NCBI GenBank assembly: GCA_944383825.1 | Contig: CALWRA010000002.1 | Location: 33,259 to 97,258, forward strand | Direction of reading: 5' to 3' | DNA: 64,000 nt | Source of the DNA: an uncultured Acetatifactor sp. | GTDB lineage: Bacteria > Bacillota > Clostridia > Lachnospirales > Lachnospiraceae | In this document: positions 1 through 9,861 of the stretch, piece by piece | Numbering within the stretch: the stretch's first letter is position 1 | How the letters are laid out: the number at the start of each line of letters is the position of its first letter | Notes under the pieces: generated by a model | What the model was told of the DNA's origin: nothing | Database searches by the model: none | The model's input: only the letters and a program-made list of their open reading frames with translations | Made by a program: the position numbers and the translations under genes

Positions 1-15
1 TTTCCAGCACTTGTC

Positions 16-23
16 CATATACT
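16..23 (+). promoter_or_regulatory. possible sigmaE-type -10 element (CATATACT); the -35 would lie outside the window
   Basis: Matches the CATAcanT -10 pattern seen at three complete sigmaE-like promoters elsewhere in the window. Confidence 0.35.
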
Positions 24-96
24 GTAATAAATATGCAGACGCATTGCGGAAAAAAAGACGCATGCGGAGCGAAACAGATACAGGAGGCAGTTGTAT

Positions 97-336
97 ATGG
101 CAAGAGGACATAAAAAGACCCTTGAAGAAAGAATTGCGGCGAAGCAAGAGCTGATAGAGGCGCTGACTACCCGCATTGAGTCGGAAAAAAGAGAGCTGGA
201 GGAGCTTTTTCAGGAAAAGAGAATGAAGGAGCTGGAGACAGTAAGCGATCTGATTTCTGACGCAGGTCTCAGCGCAGATGAGGTTGCAGAAGCGCTGCAG
301 CAATATATTGATGGCCGAATGGCTGATGTATCATAG
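97..336 (+). CDS. small coiled-coil hypothetical protein (79 aa)
   Basis: GGAGG RBS before ATG at 97; E/K/R-rich helical sequence; followed by a terminator. Confidence 0.8.
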   Translation: MARGHKKTLEERIAAKQELIEALTTRIESEKRELEELFQEKRMKELETVSDLISDAGLSADEVAEALQQYIDGRMADVS

Positions 337-364
337 TCCGGGGATTTCCCCGGACTTGTTTTTT
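335..364 (+). terminator. intrinsic terminator
   Basis: AGTCCGGGG-ATTT-CCCCGGACT followed by TGTTTTTT. Confidence 0.85.
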
Positions 365-492
365 ATGAAAAAGTTTATTGATAAAGAATTTACTGAAAAA
401 CACATTTCTGTATTGTGTTTTTCAGGGGAAAGATTGTATACTGATAAAAACAGTTTATCAAACATCTATTGCTTTTCAGAGGGGGAAGGCCG

Positions 493-3168
493 ATGCGGTA
501 TCAAAACGTATTGCGCACACTGAGGTTCAAGGGACAGTGGCGAAGCTATCAAAAAAGAGTGCTTGACAGGGCTGAAAATTATTTGAAGGATAAAAAGATA
601 CATATTGTGGCGGCGCCGGGATCGGGAAAAACCACGCTGGGGATAGAGCTGATTCGTCATCTGGGCAGACCGGCTCTGATTTTGTCTCCAAGTATTAATA
701 TCAGAAATCAATGGATTGCCCGGATAGAGGAGGCTTATCTGCCGGAGGGAACGGATACGGCCGGACTACTCTCGAACACCATCCGCAATCCCGCACTGAT
801 CACTGCCATTACCTATCAGGCGCTTCACAGCTGCATGAGAGGAGTAAGGGACGAGCAGGGAGACGCTGCGGAGACAGACGTTGACTTTTTTGAGGCGATA
901 CACAGCTCCGGTGTCAAAACACTATGCCTGGATGAAGCACATCATCTTCGCAGCGAGTGGTGGAGGGCTTTGGAGGAGCTCAGAGAAAAGGAGCCCGACA
1001 TGACGGTGATTTCCCTGACTGCAACGCCGCCCTATGACGCTTCTAAGGGAGAGTGGGATAAGTATATCGGCCTGTGCGGGCCCATCGACGAGGAGATTAT
1101 CGTACCTGAGTTGGTGAAGGAAGGCAGTCTCTGCCCTCATCAGGACTATGTTTATTTTAATATGCCTACAAAGGAGGAGGCGGACGCAGTGGAAACCTTT
1201 CGAAAAGACGCCGCCTCCGTAGCCGAACAGATTTTTGAGGATGAAGAGTTTGCCGCGGCGATTCAGACGCATGCCGGGCTGCGTCAGCCTATGCAGCACG
1301 CAGAGCAGCTGTTGGAAAAGCCTGAATATTTGTCTTCTCTGCTGGTATTCCTCAATGCAAGGAAACTTCCGTTTTCCAGAGAGCTGCTGCATATGCTGGG
1401 AGCGGGAGACAATATTCCCCAAATAGATTTGCATTGGTTGGAGGTGCTATTGCAGGGCTTTCTTTATGAAGACCCATAGAGTTTTTCCTGCGAGGAGAAA
1501 TACCGGGAAAAGCTGCAGGAGCTCTTAAAAGGGCATGGCCTGATTCAGAAAAGAAAAGTGGTGCTTACCGCCGACGATCAGGTGGATAAAACACTGGTTC
1601 AGTCCAAGGGAAAAATACGCAGCATTGTTATTCTGGCGGGAGAGGAATACAAAAATCTGGGGGAAAAGCTGCGTCTTTTGATTCTTACAGATTACATCAA
1701 AAAAGAATATATGCCCGCGCTGGGGAATAAGGACAAATCCGTAAATGAGCTCGGAGTGGTGCCCATTTTTGAAAATATCCGGAGGGCATATGAAGAAACT
1801 CCTGTGGGAAAAGAGCTGCGTCTGGCAGCGCTTAGCGGCAGCATTGTTCTGATTCCGGATTCGGCCAAAGAGACGTTGACCGCGCTTATGTCCGAAAAGG
1901 GAGTGGGGGGCAGCATAAAGGAATGTGTGGTGCCGGGATATTATCAGGTTTCTGTAAGCGGCAGCGAAGAGACGGCTTCCGGACTGGTGACGGAGGCCTT
2001 CAACAGGGGAGATATCCGGGTATTAGTCGGCACTAAGTCCTTGCTGGGAGAGGGCTGGGATTCGCCCTGTATTAACTCTTTGATACTTGCTTCTTTTGTA
2101 GGCTCCTTTATGCTCAGCAATCAGATGCGGGGGAGAGCCATACGCGTCATGAAACAAGAGCCGGATAAGGTCAGCAATATATGGCATTTGGTCTGTATGG
2201 AGCCGGAGGAGAAGGGAAAAAAATTGAAAGGCCCGGGGGAATCGGCTGATTTTGCCACATTAAAGAGGAGGTTTGAAGGCTTTTTAGGCGTCAACTATGA
2301 GAAAGACGTGATAGAGAATGGACTGGAAAGGCTGTCATTTATCAGGCCTCCTTATACGGCGGAGTCTTTGGAGAAAATAAACGAAAAAATGCTTTCTGCC
2401 GCCGGAGACCGGGAGGGGCTGAGGCGGCGCTGGAAGGACTCGCTGACAGTTCTGAGAGATATGGATCTGGCAGTGGAAGCGGGAGCGGACAAGAATTATT
2501 TCAAACCTGGATTTCAGATGTACAGCGCACTGATTTTGATGATCCTGTGCGGTATTGCCGCTGTTTTCTGCATTGGCGCCCTGTTTGGAATCCTGGCTCT
2601 GAACGCCGGAGGCTCGAGGCTGGGCAACATACTGCTGGTGGTATTGACCATATTGCTGACGGCGGCGATATTCCGCTATGGAGGTAAGGTGCTCTGCATG
2701 GCTACGCCCATGGGATATATGCGTTCCATTGGCAGGGGAGTGCTTGCGGCTCTGAGGGAAACAGGCGCGGTGCTGAGCAGGGATGTGAGCGTTGAAGCGG
2801 AGGACTCCGGAGGATTTATGTGTTATGTGTATTTGAAAAACGGCACGGAGCGGGAGAAGGACGTATTCGCCCAATGTATGTGCGAGATGTTCGGAGAGGT
2901 GGATAATCAGCGTTATCTGCTGAAAGCCAGGAGACCTGTTCCGAAAATCTGCAAATATTATTGTGTGCCGGAGCTGTTCGGCAGAAAAAAAGAGGATGCT
3001 GTACTTTTTGCCGGGAAAGTAGGCAAATATATCGGCGCCTGGGATTTGATTTATACACGCAGCGAGGCCGGAAGAAAGCAGCTTCTGGAAGCCCGCATTC
3101 ATTCCTTTGCCAACAAAAGCGGCCGCTGTACGGGCAAGAGCAAAAAGGTAAAAAGTCCATGGACATAA
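493..3168 (+). pseudogene. SF2 (DEAH/ResIII-like) helicase with C-terminal hydrophobic helices, interrupted by one in-frame TAG at 1477-1479
   Basis: ORFs 469-1479 and 1558-3168 share a frame, and the DNA after the TAG reads open into the second ORF. Motifs: Q motif WRSYQ, Walker A APGSGKT, DEAH, SLTATP in the first half; GEGWD and QMRGRAIR in the second half. Confidence 0.8.
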
Positions 3169-3211
3169 AAAGAGTTCCGGACACCTGAGAAGGTGTAACC
3201 GGAACTCTTTT
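3167..3211. terminator. bidirectional terminator between convergent genes
   Basis: AAAAGAGTTCCGG-ACACCT-GAGA-AGGTGT-AA-CCGGAACTCTTTT, with A-tract and T-tract flanks. Confidence 0.85.
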
Positions 3212-3212
3212 C

Positions 3213-6200
3213 TTAGGAAGCGTTTTCTTCGGTTTCATCTTTTAAATTTTTATGGGCGGTGGATAGCATCAGCTTGATACGATTCAGCTGGTTTACCTCG
3301 CTGGCGCCCGGGTCATAGTCGATGGCCACAATATTGGAGGCGGGATACGCCTTTCTGAGAGCCTTTATAACGCCCTTGCCCACCACATGATTGGGCAGAC
3401 AGCCGAAGGGCTGCGTGCAGACGATATTGGGAACGCCGTCGTGAATCAGCTCCACCATTTCGCCCGTCAAAAACCATCCCTCTCCGGTCTGGTTGCCGAT
3501 GGATACGATGGGCTCCGCAAAGGAGGCGATTTCCCGAATGGGGGTGGGAGGAGTAAAGTGTCTGCTCTTTTTAAACGCTTTTACCGCTGCGCCTCTCAAT
3601 AGATGCTCGATAGCCCAGATACCCATGGAAGACAGGCGGGCGGATTTTTTGCTCATGCCCAGATGATCCGCCTTGTAAATCTGATTGTAAAAGCAGTACA
3701 GCATGAAATCAATCAGATCGGGAACTACGGCCTCGGCGCCCTCCGCTTCCAAAAGTTCTACCAGGTGATTATTGCCCGCCGGGGAAAACTTTACGAGGAT
3801 TTCTCCTACTATGCCTACTCGGGGCTTCTTGATGTCTAAAACGGGAATATTGTCAAAGTCCCGTATGATCTCTCGGCACATGGACTGAAATTTAAACAAA
3901 TTGATATGCTTTGCAGATACAAAATCCTGTACCTTTTTCAGCCATTTGGCGTGTAGAGCGTCCACGCTGCCCGGGGTAGCTTCATAAGGACGCATCCGAT
4001 AGACACAGCGCATAAAAATGTCTCCAAATTCTGCCCCTATGGCGGCCCGCAGCATCAGATCGGCGTTTAAGCGAAAACCGGGGTTTTTTTCAATGCCGGC
4101 CAGATTCAGGGAGATTACAGGAATTTGCTCCATTCCGGCCTTTTTCAGAGCCCTTCTGATAAATCCCACGTAGTTGGTGGCACGGCAGCCTCCTCCGGTC
4201 TGGGACATGATGATGGCGGTCTTGTTCAGATCATATTTGCCGGACAAAAGAGCCTCCATAATCTGTCCGATTACCAGAAGAGAAGGATAGCAGGCATCAT
4301 TGTTCACATATTTCAGGCCAACGTCCACGGAATGCTTATTGTCGTTATCCAGAACCTCAAAATGATAGCCGCAGGCGTTGAAGGCCGGCTGCAGAATCTC
4401 AAAGTGGATGGGCGACATCTGAGGGCATATGATGGTATAATCCCTTCTCATTTCTTCCGTAAAGACTACCTTTTCGATGGCGGAGGAATGAAGAGTGCGC
4501 TCATTACCTTGATTTTCCCTGACTCGGATAGCCGAAAGCAGAGAACGTATTCGGATTCTTGCGGCCCCGAGATTGTTTACCTCATCGATTTTCAGACAGG
4601 TATAAATCTTGTCGGAACCGGAGAGAATATCATTTACCTGATCTGTGGTGACGGCGTCCAGCCCGCAGCCAAAGGAATTTAGCTGGATCAGATCCAGATT
4701 GTCCACGGTTTTTACGTAACTTGCAGCGGCGTAAAGGCGGGAATGGTACATCCACTGGTCGGACACAATCAGAGGTCTCTCCGGAGCTGCCAGATGAGAG
4801 ATGGAATCCTCCGTCAGAACAGCAATGTCATAGGAGGTAATCAGCTCCGGGATGCCGTGATTGATCTCGGGATCAATATGATAGGGACGGCCGGCAAGGA
4901 CAATTCCTCTTTTTCCCGTTTCTTCCAGGTATTTTAATACTTCTTCTCCTTTTTTCTGCATATCCTTCCTTGCGTTTGCCAGCTCATTCCAGGCGTCTAT
5001 ACAGGCGTCTGCTATCTGGTTGGGAGGAATTTCAGTAAATTCCTTTTTCAGAGCCTCCGTAACCGTATCCAGATCCCGGAAGGACATGAAAGGATTGCGG
5101 AAGGTAATCTGCCCGCTTGTGATTTCCTCCACATTATTTTTGATGTTTTCAGAATAGGAGGTAACAATGGGACAGTTGTAGTGATTATTGGCGTCCTCAA
5201 ACTCATTGCGCTCATAAAAGAGAGCAGGATAGAAAATAAAGGTAACGCCCTGACGGATTAGCCAGGTCACATGACCGTGAGCCAGCTTGGCGGGATAGCA
5301 TTCCGACTCGCTGGGAATGGACTCAATGCCAAGTTCATAAATCTTACGATTGGAGCTGGGGGAGAGAATCACCCGGTATCCCAGTCTGGTAAAGAAGGTG
5401 TGCCAGAAAGGATAATTTTCGTACATATTCAAAACTCTGGGGATTCCTACCGTGCCTCTGGGGGCCTTGTCGGCGTCCAGAGAAGGATAGGAAAACAGTC
5501 TGTGAAGCTTATATTCAAACAAATTGGGGACATTATGGGCGTTTTTCTGCCCGCCGATTCCTCGCTCACAGCGGTTGCCGGAGATAAACTGGCGTCCGCC
5601 GGAGAACTTGTTTATAGTCAGGCGGCAACTGTTGGTACAGCCTTTACACTTTGCCATGCTGGTATCAAACTGGAGGGAGCAGATTTTTTCGTAGGAAAGC
5701 ATGGTGGTTTCATAGCCCTCCTCAAACCGCTCTCTTGCGATGAGGGCAGCGCCGAAAGCTCCCATAATGCCGGCGATATCAGGGCGTATCGCCTCACATT
5801 CCGCGATTTTTTCAAAGCTGCGCAGAACGGCGTCGTTGTAGAAGGTGCCGCCCTGCACAACGATATTATTTCCCAGCTCAGAGGCGTCGGAAACCTTGAT
5901 CACCTTAAAGAGCGCGTTCTTGATGACTGAATAGGCCAGTCCTGCAGAAATATCCGCCACGGAAGCGCCCTCCTTCTGAGCCTGCTTTACCTTGGAATTC
6001 ATGAACACGGTACAGCGGGTTCCAAGATCAATGGGATGCTTGGCAAAAAGAGCCGCCTGTGCAAAGTCCTGAACGCTGTAATTCAGGGATTTGGCAAAGG
6101 TTTCGATAAAGGAGCCGCATCCTGAAGAGCAGGCCTCGTTGAGCTGCACGCTGTCCACGGTTCCGTTTTTGATCTTGATGCACTTCATGTCCTGTCCGCC

Positions 6201-7472
6201 AATATCAAGGATACAGTCAACCTTGGGGTCAAAAAAGGCTGCGGCGTAATAGTGAGCTACGGTTTCGACTTCCCCATCGTCCAAAAGGAAGGCGGATTTC
6301 ATCAGAGCTTCACCATAGCCGGTGGAGCAGGAACGCACAATGTTTACACCCTCAGGCATCAGGGAATAGATTTCCTTTAAGGAACGAATAGCAGTGTTTA
6401 ACGGGCTTCCATCGTTGCTGCTGTAGAAAGAATATAAAAGAGAACCGTCCTCGCTTACAAGAGCGATTTTTGTGGTGGTGGAACCGGCGTCAATGCCGAG
6501 AAAAGCATTTCCCTTGTAGGAGGACAGATCCCCGGCTCCCACATGGTGAGCGTCATGGCGGACCTTGAAGGCCTCGTACTCCTGTTCATCTGCAAAGAGA
6601 GGCTCCATTCGCTCTACCTCAAATTCCATCTTGATCTCGGAGGCAAGCTTTCCAACCATTTCTTCCATATTATAGGAAACATCCTCTTTGGCATTGAGGG
6701 CGGAACCAATGGCGGCAAACAAATGGGAGTTGTCCGCATCGATAATATGCTCATCATCCAGCTCTAAAGTGCGGATAAAGGCTGCCTTAAGCTCCGGAAG
6801 AAAGTGGAGAGGACCGCCCAGAAAGGCCACGTGTCCTCGGATGGGCTTGCCGCAGGCAAGACCGCTGATGGTCTGGTTTACTACTGCCTGGAAAATGGAA
6901 GCCGCCAAATCTTCCCTGGTGGCGCCCTCGTTGATCAGGGGCTGGATATCCGACTTGGCGAATACGCCGCATCTGGCGGCGATGGCGTACAGCGATTTGT
7001 AATTTTTGGCATAATCGTTCAGGCCGGATGCATCCGTTTGCAGAAGAGAGGCCATTTGATCAATAAAGGAGCCTGTTCCTCCGGCACAAATGCCATTCAT
7101 ACGCTGTTCCACGTTTCCGTCCTCAAAGTAAATGATTTTGGCGTCCTCCCCTCCCAGCTCAATAGCCACGTCTGTCTTGGGAGCCAGCTCCTTTAAGGAG
7201 GTGGCTACGGCAATGACCTCTTGGGTAAAAGGAACTCCCAGATGATTTGCCAAAGTCAGGCCACCGGAGCCGGTGATCATAGGATGAAGGGTAAGATTGC
7301 CAAGTCTGGCGTAGGCGTCCTGCAAAAGAGATGAGAGAGTTTCACGGATATTTGCATAATGTCTTTTGTAATCTGAAAAGAGAATGTTGTGGTTCTTATC
7401 CAAAATGGCGATCTTAACTGTGGTAGAACCGATGTCAATGCCAAGAGCCGCCGTCATGTTGTTTAATTCCAT
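3213..7472 (-). CDS. multidomain 2-hydroxyacyl-CoA dehydratase activase-like protein (two BcrAD/BadFG ASKHA ATPase domains plus dehydratase-related domains)
   Basis: GIDIGSTT and [11 protein letters not shown]-binding motifs; CAGGTG, CSSGCG, RCGVF and RCTVF Fe-S motifs; LNSFGCG and QPFGC; start reassigned to ATG 7472 after GGAAGG. Confidence 0.88.
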   Translation of the reverse strand: MELNNMTAALGIDIGSTTVKIAILDKNHNILFSDYKRHYANIRETLSSLLQDAYARLGNLTLHPMITGSGGLTLANHLGVPFTQEVIAVATSLKELAPKTDVAIELGGEDAKIIYFEDGNVEQRMNGICAGGTGSFIDQMASLLQTDASGLNDYAKNYKSLYAIAARCGVFAKSDIQPLINEGATREDLAASIFQAVVNQTISGLACGKPIRGHVAFLGGPLHFLPELKAAFIRTLELDDEHIIDADNSHLFAAIGSALNAKEDVSYNMEEMVGKLASEIKMEFEVERMEPLFADEQEYEAFKVRHDAHHVGAGDLSSYKGNAFLGIDAGSTTTKIALVSEDGSLLYSFYSSNDGSPLNTAIRSLKEIYSLMPEGVNIVRSCSTGYGEALMKSAFLLDDGEVETVAHYYAAAFFDPKVDCILDIGGQDMKCIKIKNGTVDSVQLNEACSSGCGSFIETFAKSLNYSVQDFAQAALFAKHPIDLGTRCTVFMNSKVKQAQKEGASVADISAGLAYSVIKNALFKVIKVSDASELGNNIVVQGGTFYNDAVLRSFEKIAECEAIRPDIAGIMGAFGAALIARERFEEGYETTMLSYEKICSLQFDTSMAKCKGCTNSCRLTINKFSGGRQFISGNRCERGIGGQKNAHNVPNLFEYKLHRLFSYPSLDADKAPRGTVGIPRVLNMYENYPFWHTFFTRLGYRVILSPSSNRKIYELGIESIPSESECYPAKLAHGHVTWLIRQGVTFIFYPALFYERNEFEDANNHYNCPIVTSYSENIKNNVEEITSGQITFRNPFMSFRDLDTVTEALKKEFTEIPPNQIADACIDAWNELANARKDMQKKGEEVLKYLEETGKRGIVLAGRPYHIDPEINHGIPELITSYDIAVLTEDSISHLAAPERPLIVSDQWMYHSRLYAAASYVKTVDNLDLIQLNSFGCGLDAVTTDQVNDILSGSDKIYTCLKIDEVNNLGAARIRIRSLLSAIRVRENQGNERTLHSSAIEKVVFTEEMRRDYTIICPQMSPIHFEILQPAFNACGYHFEVLDNDNKHSVDVGLKYVNNDACYPSLLVIGQIMEALLSGKYDLNKTAIIMSQTGGGCRATNYVGFIRRALKKAGMEQIPVISLNLAGIEKNPGFRLNADLMLRAAIGAEFGDIFMRCVYRMRPYEATPGSVDALHAKWLKKVQDFVSAKHINLFKFQSMCREIIRDFDNIPVLDIKKPRVGIVGEILVKFSPAGNNHLVELLEAEGAEAVVPDLIDFMLYCFYNQIYKADHLGMSKKSARLSSMGIWAIEHLLRGAAVKAFKKSRHFTPPTPIREIASFAEPIVSIGNQTGEGWFLTGEMVELIHDGVPNIVCTQPFGCLPNHVVGKGVIKALRKAYPASNIVAIDYDPGASEVNQLNRIKLMLSTAHKNLKDETEENAS

Positions 7473-7536
7473 ATAATTGCGTCCTTCCTGTTGATTGCTG
7501 AAAAGTGAATGCAATGGTCTGCAGGTTGCATCTGGT

Positions 7537-7565
7537 ATTATACGACACATATCGACAAAATGCAA
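7537..7565 (-). promoter_or_regulatory. sigmaA-type promoter of the activase gene
   Basis: Minus strand TTGCAT-N17-TATAAT. Confidence 0.75.
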
Positions 7566-7709
7566 CGAAGGGGAGAAATGAAAGTTTTATAAACTTTGTT
7601 TACTTATGGTAAGGGGAATGTTAAAATATAACAGGACTGCTGAAACAATATATTCCCATGGGGACACAAAAATGCGAGCATTACGGCGATAGAATGGAGG
7701 ATACGCAGC

Positions 7710-8582
7710 GTGAGTAATTTTGAAAAAAAATTCGGAAAGTATGCCATTCCGAATATTTCACTGGTTTTGATTTTATGTTATGTGGTTGGTTATGTAATCA
7801 ACCTGATTAACGGCAGGTTTTTGAGCTATCTGACGCTGAATCCTTATGAAATTCTTTTCCATGGGCAGATCTGGAGGATTGTGACCTGGGTTATTGTACC
7901 CCCCAGCTCCCTGGATCCTTTTACCATTATTATGCTTTTATTCTATTATAATATTGGAACGACTCTGGAGCGCACATGGGGTACCTACCGATACAATGTA
8001 TATCTCTTTATGGGCATGCTCTTTACAGTTCTGGGCAGCTTTTTATGTCTGGGCTACTATTATATTCTTGGGGCTGCGGACAGCAATGTGGGGCTTTATC
8101 TTCAGATGCAGGGAGAAAGCTTTTTTGCGCTTTATTCTTACATGTTCAGCACCTATTACATCAATATGTCCATATTCCTGGCCTTTGCGGCCACCTTCCC
8201 CGATGTTCAGGTGCTTTTGATGTTTGTGATACCGGTAAAGGTAAAATGGATGGGAATTGTGTATATTGCCTTGATGGTGTGGGAATTTATCGCCACAGGC
8301 AACCTTTTTTCCAGAACGGCCATAGGAGCTTCGCTTTTGAATGTGGCAGTATTTTATCTTCGCAACATAAAGAGAATTCAAATATCGCCAAAGCAGATAA
8401 AGCGCAGGGCGGCCTTTAAACAGGAGGTAAAGCGAAATTCCAGGACGGCCGGACACAGATGCGCTATCTGCGGAAGAACGGAAGCCGACGACCCGACGCT
8501 GGAATTCCGCTTCTGTTCCAAATGCAACGGCAATTATGAGTACTGCCAGTATCATCTGTTTACCCATGAACATGTTAAGTAA
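7710..8582 (+). CDS. rhomboid-fold membrane protein without catalytic dyad (Derlin-like), with a C-terminal Cys/His Zn finger
   Basis: GGAGG + GTG start; GQIWRIVT loop motif; LERTWG; about 6 hydrophobic segments; no GxS or TM6 His; CAIC...CSKC...CQYH...H tail. Confidence 0.65.
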   Translation: MSNFEKKFGKYAIPNISLVLILCYVVGYVINLINGRFLSYLTLNPYEILFHGQIWRIVTWVIVPPSSLDPFTIIMLLFYYNIGTTLERTWGTYRYNVYLFMGMLFTVLGSFLCLGYYYILGAADSNVGLYLQMQGESFFALYSYMFSTYYINMSIFLAFAATFPDVQVLLMFVIPVKVKWMGIVYIALMVWEFIATGNLFSRTAIGASLLNVAVFYLRNIKRIQISPKQIKRRAAFKQEVKRNSRTAGHRCAICGRTEADDPTLEFRFCSKCNGNYEYCQYHLFTHEHVK

Positions 8583-8634
8583 ACAGATATTTTCCTGCGT
8601 GTGCAGGCAAGGCTGAATAAAGGAGAGAGAGGGA

Positions 8635-9396
8635 ATGGACAGGGAGGTTTTGTTTGCGGAAACGCTGCAGCAGATAAAGGAGCTGGCTAAAGAGCAGGGC
8701 GGATATATTGAAGAAGCACAGGTGCGAGATGCGTTTTCCGGCCTTGCGCTGGAGGAAGAGCAGCTTCGTCTGGTTTTTGATTATCTTGCAAAGCATAAAA
8801 TCGGCGTTGGACAGCCGGTGAATCCGGACGATTACCTTACCCCTGAGGAGAAGGATTTTCTGCAGGGGTATCTGGAGGATGTGGCATTGCTCTCCCAGTG
8901 CACGGAACAGGAAAAGCGGATGGTGACGCTGGCCGTCATGGCGGGAGATATGAAAGTCCGCAGCCGGTTGATTGAAATGTATTTAAATGATGTGGCCCAG
9001 ATCGCCAGGCTTTATGCCGGGCAGGGAGCTTACTTAGAGGATCTGATCGGGGAGGGAAACGCGGCTCTGACGCTGGGAGCCGGCATGCTCGTAGGTCTGA
9101 AAGAACCTGAGGAGGCCCAGGCAATGCTGGTAAAAATGATTATGGATGCCATGGAGACGCATATTCAGGAAATAGATGCCAATGACAGGAAGGAAAGCAG
9201 AATTTTGGATAGGGTCAATCTTGTCATGGATAAGGCAAGGGAGTTGTCCCATGAGCTGCAAAGAAAAGTAACGGCTCAGGAGCTGGCACAGGAAACAGGC
9301 ATGCCCTTAAAGAGCATACAGAATGCAGTGCGCATGAGCGGCTTTCAGATTGAGTATATTGCGGATGCGGAGACGAAAGAATTGGAGTGGGAATGA
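8635..9396 (+). CDS. degenerate sigma70-like protein (regions 1.1, 1.2, 2 and 3; no region 4)
   Basis: N-terminal region-1.1-like helices; RLIEMYLNDVAQIARLY..EDLIGEGN resembles RpoD 2.1-2.2; ELSHELQRKVTAQELAQETG resembles region 3. Confidence 0.75.
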   Translation: MDREVLFAETLQQIKELAKEQGGYIEEAQVRDAFSGLALEEEQLRLVFDYLAKHKIGVGQPVNPDDYLTPEEKDFLQGYLEDVALLSQCTEQEKRMVTLAVMAGDMKVRSRLIEMYLNDVAQIARLYAGQGAYLEDLIGEGNAALTLGAGMLVGLKEPEEAQAMLVKMIMDAMETHIQEIDANDRKESRILDRVNLVMDKARELSHELQRKVTAQELAQETGMPLKSIQNAVRMSGFQIEYIADAETKELEWE

Positions 9397-9812
9397 AGCA
9401 GACAATTTACGAAGACTATAAATACTGCATGCAGGACGTGAGCAGCCTGTATGTGGGAGCGAAATACACCCTGGGCGAGATTGTGGAGGCCGAAGATATT
9501 TTGTTTAAATTCAGAGCATTGGTGGAACGCTATATTTTGCCGGATTCACATCCGCAGGATACGTTGGAAAGCCAGCTGTATTATCTTCAGCCACAAAGCT
9601 TTGCCGCGAAAATGTATGGACAGCTTAAGGCCAGGGTGAAGATCAATATAATAGAAGAAAAGAAAACTCTGCTGGGGAGACCAAGGCGGCAGTTTACTAC
9701 CAGGGTGATCGGCGTGGAAGAGCTGGCGAAAATGTCTCCGGAGGAAAAGAAGGAAAAGGGCGTGGTGGTGCAGGAGCTGATCGTGAGCAAGCTGGCCATG
9801 GCGGCGTTTTAG
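9393..9812 (+). CDS. hypothetical protein (139 aa)
   Basis: ATGA overlap with the upstream stop (translational coupling); GGAG RBS. Confidence 0.75.
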   Translation: MKQTIYEDYKYCMQDVSSLYVGAKYTLGEIVEAEDILFKFRALVERYILPDSHPQDTLESQLYYLQPQSFAAKMYGQLKARVKINIIEEKKTLLGRPRRQFTTRVIGVEELAKMSPEEKKEKGVVVQELIVSKLAMAAF

Positions 9813-9820
9813 AAAATATG

Positions 9821-9861
9821 GAATGGATGCCCGCCGGAGCGGGTCGGGAGGTGTAAATATG
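9821..9861 (+). repeat. hairpin-SD leader motif, copy 1 (before the M16 peptidase)
   Basis: GAATGGA-TGCCCGC-CGGA-GCGGGTC-GGGAGG-TGTAAAT-ATG. Confidence 0.8.

Noticed and set aside
38-68. Direct repeat GACGCA(T)TGCGGA twice in the first leader
   Set aside because: Only two short copies and the upstream context is cut off; no riboswitch consensus recognised.
7473-7565. 31-aa N-terminal extension of the activase in the ORF track
   Set aside because: The TTG at 7565 is the -35 box of the gene's own promoter; the real start is ATG 7472.
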